From assembly GCA_965153455.1 (NCBI GenBank), contig OZ234493.1, forward strand, positions 3,348,001 through 3,412,000: a stretch of 64,000 bases of DNA, given 5' to 3'. Shown piece after piece: positions 50,385 to 62,897 of this stretch. The notes beneath the pieces are model-generated. The model had not been told where the DNA came from and ran no database searches. It saw only the letters and a program-made list of their open reading frames with translations. The translations under genes were made by a program, and so were the position numbers. This stretch comes from Sphagnum compactum. Lineage: Eukaryota. How positions within the stretch are numbered: the stretch's first letter is position 1; the number at the start of each line of letters is the position of its first letter.

Positions 50385-53300
50385 TCTGCGTAATTCTTCA
50401 GATAATGATTCAAGAATTGCATTGTTGACTTCATCAACGTCAGTATTTTTGGGGGCCATAATGCTGCGTTGCATAAGATACATGGTATCTCCAAAGTGGC
50501 GTTGGTGATCCGGATAGATGGTTTGGATGAATCCTCTTAAGTTGCAATCTTTTGTTGGCAGCCTCATATGGGACGGAATCTTGATCCAATCTGGATCGAC
50601 ACCTTCTTCTTCTACAATGGCAGGAAGACTGCCGTCTCCAACGTTCAACACCCCTTTGGCAAACTTTCGCTGCTCTTCAGAATTGGTTGCCATGACTCGC
50701 ATGTTGATATGAAGACGAAGAATCATAACATGTTGCCAAAGATGCGATCGAGGCAACGAAACACTAACAATGTCTTCTCGTCCTCCCTTGGGAACAACAG
50801 GCAGGATTTGTCGAAAATCCCCACCAAGGACCATGGTTTTCCCACCAAAGATCTTCTCAATTGTCTGTGCATCATCCAATTGCATCAAATCACGCAGGGT
50901 CTGATCAACAGCTTCCAAAGCTCGGCGATGCATCATCGGTGCCTCATCCCAAATGATCAGATCAACTTTACGCACCAACTCGGCCACTTTCATCTATTGT
51001 GTGATGTTGCAAGTCGACTCATCGTGCAGATCAATCAGAATCTTGAATCTTGAATGGGCGGTTCTGCCGTCTAGAAGTAACAAAGATGCAATTCCTGATG
51101 AGGCAACTGCAAGCACAATTTTTCCTTGCGCTCATAAACGGGATAGAAGCATTGTCCAAACAAATGTTTTGCCGGTTCCACCACTACCATACACAAAGAA
51201 CAGTTTGCCATGTTTGTTTGTCACAGCATTCAAAATAGTTTTGTATGCGCTGCGCTGATCATCATTGAGCCTATTTTCTGCATCATCTGCATCTGTGGTC
51301 AATGAATGCTGATCATAAGCCAGCTCTTCTTGGACCAATCGGTCTCCTCCATGAACAGGAGGGATGTAATTAAACTTGGGAAGTGTTGGAAAATCTTCCA
51401 GGCGGTGTCCGTTGCGGATGAAAACCTGATCGATCTCATATAATGCACAATCCTTTAGCGCATCCTCAGAAAGGGTAATAGTTGGATCATCACACTCGTA
51501 GCGTGTCATTGCCTCAATGTCATCGCTCAAAGACTCCCAATGTGCATCCCATAGCTGTCTGGGATTCGTCACCTCACAAAACATTAGCATGGAGGCAAAC
51601 ATGTCACGCAACTGTCGTCCTGGGGCCTAAAGACCGACTTCTTCCAAGGCTTGATGCCATTCATTGTCGTCTGTAAGTAAACCCATTGCAATGCATACAT
51701 CTTTGAATGTGTTGTGCTCTGTGCCATCCACTATCCGCAAATGTTCGTAAGATGTGGCACCTTTGACGCAGTTCAGCAGCATCCGCAAATAATAACGTTC
51801 ACCCGATGTCGAATGTGCATAATACATGCGACCAATGGCAAACCCTCTCTTGCGCATTATCCATCGTTTCGACCACATTCCCTTCGATGGCATTGTCGTT
51901 ATCGCGTGAGATCTTAACAGTTGCACGATCATGTCCTTTGTAAACGTACTTGAATAGATACTTGACTGCACGAATGTTGTTGCAAACCTCAACATTGATG
52001 TGTGCATCGTATTTGGTCGACAAATAAACATTGTGCGGTACCACCCAACGATTGTCCAATTCAACGCCGTGAACCAAAACTGTGCGCCTCGTATCTCTGC
52101 ATCGATAAATAGGATATCCGTTTACATCCGTCATCGTCTTAAATCGGAACTTGCGTGGATATTGTTTTTTACATTTGCCATCTTCCATGCATGGGGCATT
52201 TGGAAACACAGCTCCACATGGACCATGCATCATGCATCTGGCAACCGTCTCGTGGGCCAACCTTTTTGTCTTTGGATTCGGAAATTCAACACTAATCATG
52301 CGGTCTACATCCTCGACTGTGCGTGGCTTGTAGTCTTCGGCAAAGAAGATGAGAATGTGTGCATGTGGCAGCCCACGCTTTTGAAACTCAATGACATAGA
52401 TTCCCGCAATCATGCGTCCCAGAATATGCTTCGTGTGAATGTCATTGATCAACTCCTTTAGTTTGATTTTGAACACTTAGGTTACCAAATCCAGTCGATC
52501 CTGAGGTTGTTGTCCGGGCAGCAAAGCTCTCTTGATCTTAGGTCATTAGGGATTACAAGTGAATGTAACAAATGCATCCGAGCAACGAGCCCATCTGCAG
52601 ATTGCCATGGCATCTTGATAATTCTGAACCATGTGACGTGGACCTCCTATGAAAGAAGATGGCAGAATGATCCTCTCTCCGATGGCAATTACGTTATTAT
52701 CACCTGCAGCGATGGCGTCCTGAAGGCCTTGATAGAGATTTGCACGAAGTTTTTTTTGATTTAGGCGCAGATACCTCAAGCGATTTTGTTCGACAGCCGC
52801 ATCAGCATTCACAATGTATTATTGCCTCAATTGGTCACCCCGAAGCAACACAATGCCATCAGTGTCTCGATGTTGAAGTCGATAACCGTAAAATTTGGCC
52901 ATTGTCATATTGTGAGGCTTTCTATGATGCTCAGATTCTTTCGCATGGTCTTCATCTAAATCCGCATGAGCATCCTGCAAAACAACACCATTGAGCGGAA
53001 TATTCGAATGCCATCCATCCTCACCGTAAGAAAATAGCAACGGATAATGTAGAGCCATGTATCCCACATGTAGCTCGGAAATGAGCTGAAATGGGCCACC
53101 TTGCTGAGCAACGACGACGTCACGCCTGTCTATAACCTCATAACCATCTCCTACCATCAATGCAGTGATTTCATCGGCCATCGGCACATTGTATCGGCGG
53201 GCATCCTTTGTTCGAGAGGCAATGAGACGCAATTTCAGATCCATGGGAGCACCTTCTATTGCATCATATCCCTTGCCATTTTGAACACTTTGACATAGGG

Positions 53301-54438
53301 ATTGATATTGTATATCATGGTCAACAACCAATCCAACATCGTTGGATCAAGCAATGGCATAACGGCATGGCGATTTTGACGTTCGCTCTCCGTATCATGA
53401 ATGTACAGCTATGCAAACTATGGACGTTGTCCTTCGGTAGGACACAAGGATCCAATTTTGTGATAAAGCTCACCTTGAATGTAAAAGGAGTATGGTCCAA
53501 TGCCTCTTGTTATTGACTCATCAACTTTGGCGCCGAGCGAAGTGAATGCCAACACTGAATTGAACATGCGAATCTAATTTCGAAATTTGATAGCACTTCT
53601 CTCTTTGCTGGTTAAAAGAACTTCTAGCTCTTGCGATGTTGCAGGAAGACTCGGCAACAGAATTTTACCATTCTCCCAACATAGGGAAAACTTTGGGTTG
53701 CTGTTGCTCGACTTTGCTAATTGTTCTTTAATCCACATTTTCGCATTGCAGAATCCATAGATTGTGTCCATTTCTCCACAATCCCATCGTGTCGGGGCTG
53801 ACGCGTCTTCGTCTGCAAACAATTGCAATGCGTCATTGCGAAAAAAAGGATGTGCACGTGCTGCTGCTTGTCGTACGGTTCGTCGTTCTCGACGTAAACA
53901 ATTACTTCGCTCTTGTGGCGTTTTAGATGGCCCGACTGACTCTACAAACAATTGCAATGCGTCATTGCCAAGAGAAGGCTGTGCACGTGCTGTTGCTTGT
54001 TGTACGGTTTAAAGTTCTCGAGGCAGACGATTATCGTTCTTGTGGCGTTTTAGATGGCCCGGCTAACTCTGCAAACAATTGCAATGCGTCATTGCCAAGA
54101 GAAGGTTGTGCACGTGCTGCTGCTTGTTGTACAGTTCGTCATTTTTGACGTAAACGATTACTTCACTCTTGTGGCGTTTCAGATGGCTTGGCCAACTCTA
54201 CACGTTGCCTGGCACGCCGTTCTCTCTGCAGGCGATTGCAACGTTCACGTGCAGATTTCGACGTGGCTTGATTGAATTCTGCTGGAACATTAGTATGTGG
54301 AACATGATTTTCCAAAAAGTCAGTTTGCTCGTCATTCTGCTGAGCTTCTGGGTGCTGCCAAAGGGCCACCAAAGCTGCCAAAGCACTACCATGCTGCGCA
54401 ATGAATGCACGCATACGTCCTTGTATGTCTTCGGGCAT
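50385..54438 (-). mobile_element. Helitron Rep/helicase (RepHel) gene, degenerate and 3'-truncated
   Basis: Rep motifs FVTFTCNP, YVIEFQKRGLPHAHIL (HUH) and YLFKYVYKG. PIF1-type helicase motifs YGSGGTGKT, IIWDEAPM and LGGDFRQILPV. N-terminal zinc-finger-like region and ~127-bp coding repeats at 53815-54250. Multiple stops, frameshifts and deletions. Confidence 0.93.
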
Positions 54439-54503
54439 TGTGGAGAATATATGTTGAGTTTGTTGCTAATATTGATATCAAAATGGGGGGGGGGAGGTTT
54501 TTT

Positions 54504-54759
54504 CTCCTTCATTCTTGTCTGCTGGTGCCGTATTTTCTCTTGGAAGTATTCTCACAGGCGTCATCACAGCAACACGGGTAGCATCGATCGCGATGAGGTT
54601 TTCGTTCCCAAGAAGAAGGAGATTGCTGTTGTAACAGGAGGAGGATGGGGAGTCACAGAATACCTTCAACATCCACTGGGTCGGATCTTTATGATCGCTC
54701 TCATGCTTCTGTTAGGATGGCCTTTCTATTTTATTTGCAACGTTTCAGGGAGAAAATAC
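54504..54759 (+). pseudogene. FAD2: Fragment of an omega-6 (delta-12) fatty acid desaturase gene
   Basis: [10 protein letters not shown](frameshift)[25 protein letters not shown]...YLQHPLGR...[17 protein letters not shown], the second His-box region of FAD2. No N- or C-terminus. Confidence 0.88.
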
Positions 54760-57247
54760 TTACTGCTTGGGGGCTACTCTGAATGAAAGCATCAGTAGGG
54801 CATTGCCAAGACCATATGAGGTAACATAGGAGCAAGCTCTTTCATCTGAGGCATAATGCATTCCCCTTCAAACACAATTGCAATGTTGTGTACTGCATGA
54901 AAGCCACATTGGGTAGAGACCTTAAGTCAAAGAAACATGTACCAAGAAAGACTGATGAAAATACTTCATGTGCATGCTAATGTGATGATAAGATTATATT
55001 CCACAGCTTACAAAGGACAGCACACAACACAACCATTGAGAATCAAACTTCCTGAAAAGCTCTCAAAATCCAACCTGACCATGAGAACCCTATGCAAGAA
55101 CATAGAAGAATACCTGTTGCTAGAGATGGTGAACCACCATCTGGGTAGTTTTCTTTTGGTGTGGGCTGATGTTGTTGCTGGCAAAGTGCTGCTCATTGTC
55201 ACATTTGACTGAGTGCCACTTGATTTTGCAACAGCTGCTGCTCATGGCCCCCCCTAACCATAATAACTTTTAAAACAGCCTACTTTGGTCAAATTCACAA
55301 AAAAGATGTCCCAGTTCATAACCCCACATTTGGAAGACTCATAACACAATACAATAGCCCACCAGCACTACTATAACACTACATGGGGAATACCACACAC
55401 TGACTATTTCAAAGTTGCTTAACAATTGTCTCACTTAACACTGAACCTTTAATTTCTCATTCCTACTTCACTAAATGCAAGGATACAGAAGCAAATTCCT
55501 TCTGCTATATGTTATCAACAAACATTCACAACTGCAACCACTGAAAAAGTCATGAGCTTGAAACAGGCTAAGTTGGAGAAGATGAAGAAAGGGGAGAATG
55601 GGTGGCTGCTGCAGCAAGAGGAGGATGGGGAGTCACAAAATACCTTCGTCCCCCTCCGGGACTGATTGGCCATTTGTTTTATGTCGTCGTTAATTTCTTG
55701 TTCGAGTGGCATTTGTGATGACAATCAACAAGAGTCAAGGTTAGACATTGAACAACGTTGGGGTATGTTTGCCGTCTCCAGTCTTTTCCCATGGTCAACT
55801 GTATGTTGCTATCTCACGGGTCACAAGCAGTGCAAACATCAAGATTTTCAGCGGCCAGGGTCCTGATGGATACATGCGGAATGTGGTATATAGAGAGGTT
55901 TTGGAAATGTAGTCTGTAGTTGTAATTTTGTAATATGTACCGTCAAATACACACACACCTATGCATTAGGCACGGGGTTTAGGGTTTAGGGTTGTAGGCT
56001 GCAAGAGGTCTATATCTTTTATTGACTTTTTAGCCATAGCGGCACTATAAGTAAATATATCACCCCGCATTTGTGGACATGATGCCCGTAATAATTGCAT
56101 AACTTGATGGGCTTTTGTATGCACATATTATGTAATTGCATACTTGGTTTTTTTAATTGCTTTGCCTAATGCTTTAGGGCCTGCTTGCTACTATGACCGG
56201 CCCTAGTCAAAGCCGAAGGGATAAGAAGTTGTTTGGGCCAAAAAAATTGTTTTTTCAATCTATGTTTTGTTTTGTTTTTTTTTCTTTGACGCTCAATCTA
56301 TCATTCCATCATTCCAACCTTTACTTCCTTCTTTCCCCTTTTGAAATTCCTTATAAGACCAAACCAATATTGTGCTTTATTTAAGGACTCATGTTTTCAT
56401 GATTCATCGTAGATGAATTGCAAAGCGTAGCTTGGGCCTTGGGCTCCAAAAAAAAATCTATTTTTTCGCTTATTAGGTGGGCCTTGGTTGGGCCTCTCTC
56501 CAAGCAGAGCCCAAAAAGGGGCGTAACACTAGCTTATCATTGCGTCCCTTAAAGTTCTGTGATATTATACAAGGAAATATGAGCCCTTAGTTCGTGCTAA
56601 TGTTTCTTTCGAAATGAATAAATAGAAAACTCACTATGTAAATAAAATATAATTGATTATGTACTCAAAAATAATCTACCAGGGTGGGTCAAATGACTCA
56701 AACACATGATCCCCAAATCTGAGTGTACCTAAGAAATTTTGTACTATATTTGAATTTTTGAGCACACCTTAATATATTCATGGATACCACTCCTCTGTAA
56801 AACAGTAAGGATCTTACAATAGCTACTACTCAAGAATGGGAGGGAAATTATGCCTACTTATAGGCTTCAGATCTCTCCTGCTCTTAAGTAGTAGGTGTAA
56901 GAACCCTCTGCTCTTATGCCTTATGATCTACCTATATGTTTAAGTGGTAGGTAAGGCCTGTGAATGGAGGTGTTAACAGAATAGGGCGCTCACCACGGAC
57001 ATTACCCATACAAGTCTTCCACCTTAGGCAATGGGTGCCTTCTTCTGATAAGGCCCCATCCAAGTGCCTTACCATGTGTAATGTGCCGACCTTTTTTTTC
57101 CATATCTAATTGCCAAGTTCCTACTCATATTGTGCACAGAATTCATCTTAGGCCCCATGTTTTGGGAATTCTCCCACTCTAGGGCTTTCTCCTACAAGTG
57201 CCCTAACTGATAGGTATAACTAGTAACATTAGTCAGATGGATTACAG

Positions 57248-57601
57248 CAGTGGCGTAGCCACGGCATAGGCACACATAGGTGCTGCCTATGCTGGGATTG
57301 CCCGGAGTGCCTAGGCCTATGCTAGATTTGCCAAGGGCCCAGCCTACTCGTATCAGATTGACACCTTCAAGCGTCTGCACAGAGGTCAGGAGAGACCAGG
57401 ATCCGGCTCTGATCAATCACCACTCAATACTCATTACACTGTAATCAAGACGTGCACTGGATGAAATGACATTTTTCGAAAACTCAAGACGTACACTAGA
57501 GAAAATAAGTTTTTTAGATATCGAGACTCAGAGACGTACACTGGAGAAAATGACTTTTTAGGGCGAGCCTATGCTGACTTGAGAGGCTGGCTACGCCCCT
57601 G
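57248..57601. mobile_element. hAT-type MITE, 354 bp
   Basis: TIRs CAGTGGCGTAGCC / GGCTACGCCCCTG. 8-bp TSD GATTACAG/GATTACAA. The empty site (agatggattacaac) is present in the left inverted arm at ~48568-48581. Confidence 0.92.
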
Positions 57602-58957
57602 GATTACAACTTAACTCTTCTCATTAGCGACGAGGATGACCTCATTAGCTGTGAGGGTGGACACGGAAGCCCAGAGACGATCTGTTTCGACAAATCTGTT
57701 CGGGAGGACAATGCTCCACCGAAATTTGTTGACGATTTCGTATGAGTTTCCCGTAAATTTGTTCTGGGGACGTCCACAGAAGCAGTTGCGAAAGTGATTA
57801 GCTTTGTACTCCACGGTTGTTTAGATTCTCTAATTTCTGTTTACTTCGGTTGTTATTTAGCCACACATAATGGGAAATGGGCATGCTGCTGGCGCTGCGA
57901 CCCACCAGATTATTATGTCTGAGAATTGAAAAATTTCCAAGTGATATCCGAGCAGCTAGTCGATTGCGCTGGCGCCGCGTGATGAGAAACAACTTTGCTC
58001 AAAGCGGGAAGTTGGCGATGGGGAGCTACGAAAATTTTCAGTTCGTTACATAATATGTCGGAGTTCGACGGTTTTCCTAAACCGCCCATGTGGGGGTAAA
58101 TGCTTGCAGTGGTTCCCTCCCCGCCCCAAAACAAAAAATTCCGACAACGGTAAATGCGTGTTCCTTGGGATGCAAGGATACCAGCACGCCGAGTAGTTCT
58201 TTGTTGCAGAACGACCCCCTGAAGACTTTTCTTTGGTTTTGAGTGGGAGCTTACAGAGTATATAAAAGAATCCGTTAGCTAATTCTTCATTCGACAATCT
58301 CTTCTCCAGATCAAAGAGTGCAGCATCGAGTGGTATATTCATCAGTTAAATCACAAACTTAGATTTTTCCATAGTCTTTACGAATCAGCTCAATTAAGAC
58401 ATCATTCAACTGGCTTGTGGTGAAGCGAAGTCCTGCAATTAGAGGCCTTTTCAATTTCAAGGATTAATTAGCAGTTACCTGATTGAAAGCTTCGCTTCCA
58501 GTGGGGATATTCATCAGTTCAATCCCAAGGTCAGATTTTTCCATATTCTTTCCGAATCAGCTGAATTAAGACATCATTCAACTGGCTTGTGGTGAACCGA
58601 AGTCCTGCAATTAGAGGCTTTTTCAATTTCAACGATCAATTAGCAGTTTCCTCATTGAAAGCTTCGCCTCCAGCTTCTTCCAGCTTCTAGATCATATCTA
58701 CGTACTAGAATTCGTCCCTGCAGAATTCCTATTTTTCCTAATTTTCATTTCCCCCTGGATTCAATCTTCACCATTACAAACTTCCAGCATATTCCCTCCC
58801 CGTTCTAGATCTTGGTCTTCTTCGCTTTCTGGTGTGTGGATTCGATCCAGATCTGAAGCTTTCATTTGGAGCTACCAGACCACTGAAAGCGTGTCCAAGC
58901 CAGATTTCCTAAGGCTTGCAGAATTTGGTTTGTTGGATTACCACAGACAACAGCACA

Positions 58958-59323
58958 ATGACCTGGGCGGGGCTATCTAAGGTGGTGGATCCATGCAATA
59001 ACCGCAAGAGTGTATCTGGAGGACAGGGGCATGAAGTACACCAGAGTTTCTGCGGCATGATGGCCCTCAACAATTGTCAGTATGTCTATCAGGCTGACAA
59101 CGAAGGAGATGGTGGATCGTCAAACTACAAACCTCCAAAGAGAACCCAGTTCGTAAAATCTTTTGGAGATGGCAAAGGATCGCCATGGAACCCCCCACCT
59201 CCCCCTAGGGGCGCTATGTGTACAGGGAACACAAAGAATATTTTGGGGTGGGGAGTTGATGGTGGGGGCGATGGAGATGGAGGTGGGAGTAAAATTAAAC
59301 CTGGGAAGTGTGATCTCTGGTGA
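58958..59323 (+). CDS. Candidate 121-aa Gly/Pro-rich small protein of unknown function (copy B)
   Basis: Paralogue of 47050-47415 with about 30 substitutions and no indels or stops. TATATAAAA at 58259-58267. Confidence 0.45.
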   Translation: MTWAGLSKVVDPCNNRKSVSGGQGHEVHQSFCGMMALNNCQYVYQADNEGDGGSSNYKPPKRTQFVKSFGDGKGSPWNPPPPPRGAMCTGNTKNILGWGVDGGGDGDGGGSKIKPGKCDLW

Positions 59324-59905
59324 CAATCATCAGTAGCAGCACCTCTGAACACATGAATTGCAGTACATGCTTAAACTAGATGGTTTTCTTGTTGCTGGAA
59401 AGAAAGCTCAGGACATTGAACCCAGTAAAACCTTTCCAGGTTTTTGTGCTTGAAGAGTAGATAGCTTTAGGACATAATGAACACAAATTCTTTGTGGGTT
59501 TTCCAAACCCATCATTCTTTTTAGCCATAGGGAGCAACCAAGCATGAAATAGTCTTCAATTTATTTCGATTTGTACATACATAGGTCATTTGATGTGCTC
59601 AATTCTTTGACCTGTGGTTGGCTACCCCAACCCCCTGTGCATGCCAGCAGACCATTGGGCCAGGTACTGAATAAGGGGGGAAGAAGGAAAAGAGAAACAG
59701 AGTAATTAGGAGCACCTGGAATTCATATTCAGTTCACACATTTTGTGGAACTTAGCTTGTACATAGGAATCTTTTAAGAATAAAGAATATTTTAAGAATA
59801 AAACAGTGGTCTAAGGGGGCATGTGTGCCTCCTAATAGCGTGGTTGGACCCTTTGGTGATAACCTTGTTGAAAACATCCTTGGTGATAGGCTCAAAACCA
59901 ACATA

Positions 59906-62897
59906 CCGTAGTGCTCACCCTAAACCCCGCAGCCCCAGAAAATGGAATTATTTTTTCCCTCCCGCAGGCAGTCCCCGCAGGCCAAATTAAGAGTTTTGCA
60001 ATCCCGTAGCATAAAGAAACAATTAATTAAGGGTCCCGCAAGGGAAAATGGCAATACCACAAACAGTCAGTACACACAGTCAGTGTCCCCCTCTATATCG
60101 TTGGGCTGGCTGAACACGGTTCCATTGCACACTTCTATTTTCCCAAATCTTTCTCAAAGGTCCTGAGGAACCCTTTGCAGCACTCCCTAGCTATTGCTAA
60201 GCGAGCGCTCCACAAGCTGAGCTGCCCTACTCCTCGTCTGCCTCTGCACTGTCAGAATCCTCTGCTGATTCGCCATCCTCATCTGATGCGCTAGATGCTG
60301 CTGCCTCATCAGCAGGGTCTGCGCTCACTGCAGCTGTTCTCTTGCGGATGCTCCTCAAGCGCATGGACAATTTGTTAGCAGGCAGCTCAAAGTCCGAGTC
60401 CCACTCTGCATCTGACGACCCGCTGCTCAACTCTGACTCTGCATCGCTGTCGTTGTCGTCATCTGCCTCCTCCTCATCCTCGGCAGGCACCTCGTTTGCG
60501 TGTGCCAGCTCTGCTACTGACGCTCGCGGCAGTTCTATCTGCAAGCCCAGTTGCGCGCACGCGGCTGCGGTCCGGTGCCGCGTCCCCTCCTCAAAGATCT
60601 GCAAGGTGCTCGCCTTGGCGTAGCCATCCAGCACGCTGTGCTGCATTCCCTTGATGCGCTCCCAGCCAGCGTAGATCCAGTGGATGCCCTCGTCCCTCAG
60701 GCGGCCGACGGAGAGGTCCAGCTTGCAGTCCTTGGGCGCGATGCCCGACTTGACCTGCTCTATCACGAGGCTTGCTGACCAGTCGCAGAACCGCTGGCGT
60801 ACAGCGTTCTTGAACGGCTTGTTGAGGACAGTACCTGCCACCTGCGCAAGAATGAATGCTTTGTCAACTCACAAATGAGTTTCTTCTTTAAACTGCATCA
60901 TGGTGAGAGGAAAAAGTAATGCTGCTCAGGCAAGGATTTGATTTCAATGGCTTGACCACAGCAACGCAAAGCAATCTCACAGAGCATTAAATGTTAGTGC
61001 AAAATCAGAGGACCAATGTAGTCAATTAGAGGAAAAATGCTATCCCTGTCAATAATGGCTACCTGAGCAACCGAGGTAGTCCCTCCCGGCACAAACACGA
61101 TGTGCATGTACGGGTGGTTCAGCTTTAGCCAGTCCCTGAATGGGGCGCCGCGGTGGACGCTGTAGACATCCAGCTGCAGCAGCGGCGGCTGCTCGCGGGG
61201 AGGCAGCAGGTCAGTGCGCTCCTCGCAGACGCGCACATAGGCTGGGTAGATAAGCTGCAGAGAACCAAATGCTATGAGTGACGATGATTTTGAAAAAAAT
61301 GTTTGTACCAGGTATCGTCCAGAATTACTGCATCCCTAGTCAATGTTGCAGCCTGCGGAGGTATAACAAAGCTATTTAGGATATTCACCTTCTCGATCCA
61401 CTCCTGCATGGACTCGAGCGTGCACCAGTGGTTCTTGGTCAAGCTGAAGACGAAGCCAGCTGCCTCAGCCTCGCTGCGCGCCTCCTTCCTAGGCAGGCTC
61501 TTCTCCCTCTAGCCACCGTAGATCAGCTGCAGCGCCAGCACAATCCCTGCGAGCGTTGTTGTGACGCAGGCTATGAGGCCACGCTTGTCCTCCTTGCCGG
61601 TGACTTGCACCTGCATTCAAAGGTTGCTTATCTCCATCGCAAGAGTTCATTAGCGCATTAACTTGCACAATTTGACCCATTTCATCTTCATGGCAGGCAA
61701 GCACGGTGAGGCTTCCCAAAAGATTAGAGCTGCACACCTGTTTCGCGTTCCTGATATCGTATGTGGTTGCCATCCCCATGGGTGTGTACCACACAAACGT
61801 TTCGTCCATGCTAAAGACGAGCTCAGGCGGAATCTTGTACAGGTAGCAGCACCATGCCATGCGCAGGTTCATCTCGTCCACTAGACGCTCACAGTCCTTT
61901 GGCAACTTCTGTGGTGCGCCTGTCGCACGCCTGCGCAGAATTCAACTGTACTTAGGTCGCTTGCACAGCAGCGGGCGCTTTCAAAGAAATGGCTGTAGGC
62001 GCCCAAAGTTCTGCTTGGATAAAGAGCACATGTAGTGGCAGAGCTGTAAACAATAAGCAGCCCAAGCTCACAAGAAATTGTGCCTGTACCTGAATGTCCA
62101 TCCCATCTTCTTCCTGAGGAACCTGCGGACAGTTGGCCTGCTTGGCCCATAGCGCTCGCCGTTCTTTTTCAGCAGGTCAGGGCGGCGGGCCTCCAGGATG
62201 CCGATCATGATGTGTTGTGTGGTGACGCTATTGATTACATTCCCAGCTGTCCTCTGGGCACAGAGAGCTTCGTAAATCTCCTTCTCGACGTCCGGTGCCT
62301 GCAGCAGCCAAAATATTTAATTTCACCATATTACAACCATTGGAAGTGTCTCTGGAAGCGTGCATACGTCAACGAATGCAAGCCAGACTTTCAGCTCACC
62401 TCTACGAAAAGGGTCATCTGATTTCAGCCACCACGGGAAGAAAAGCCAGCTTTGAGCTTGTCCTGGGCCTCTTTGGTGAGGATGAATGGACCAGTTGGGC
62501 TTTCCTTCTTCTTGAACCACCCCTTCACAGTGCTCTCGTCCAACCCCTCAAACAACGTTCTGAGGGGCCCCTCCTTCAGCGCTTTCACAGCAGGCCGCAC
62601 TTCGTTCTTGGCATGGACGGCTGCCAAGATCCTCTCAATGAGGAAGGGCTTCCACCAGTTCTTCTTCTTGTTGCTCTTTGAGGCTAGTTTCCTGCAGACA
62701 CAAGCCCTTATTAGTGTGGCTCTTCTCTGGAAGCCTGTTTTAATCTTATCAGCAGATAGGAAGCAAGAAGCTACTCTGCTCTGGAAGCCAGCTTAGATCT
62801 TGTCAGCAGATAGGAAGCAAGAAGTTAATCCTTGCCAGCAAGTGATCAGCTACAAACCAAGACATGCCTACCTCGTGAGCTTGCGTCCTGCCGCTTG
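59906..62897 (-). mobile_element. pogo/Tigger-type (DDE_1, CENP-B HTH) transposon; GC-rich, six introns, 5'-truncated and inactivated
   Basis: Exons (-): ~62897-62872, 62691-62400, 62298-62090, 61930-61738, 61610-61389, 61254-61063 and 60841-60227 splice in frame via GT-AG introns. Motifs FSMDET, GKEDKR, NHW, QLDVYSVH and VPGGTTSVAQVAG(D expected)TVLNKPFK, plus an acidic tail. Stops at 62424 and 61509. Probable terminus TA|CCGTAGTG at 59906. Confidence 0.88.

Larger units (their letters stand above)
56680..59785 (+). repeat. Right arm of the large inverted duplication (with a hAT MITE insertion and a ~172-bp tandem duplication at 58330-58670)
   Basis: See left arm. The extra segments are absent from the left arm. 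Confidence 0.93.

Noticed and set aside
54169-54786. 205-aa ORF as an intact desaturase gene
   Set aside because: It is a chance fusion of antisense Helitron sequence and a frameshifted internal FAD2 fragment. It lacks the first and third His boxes.
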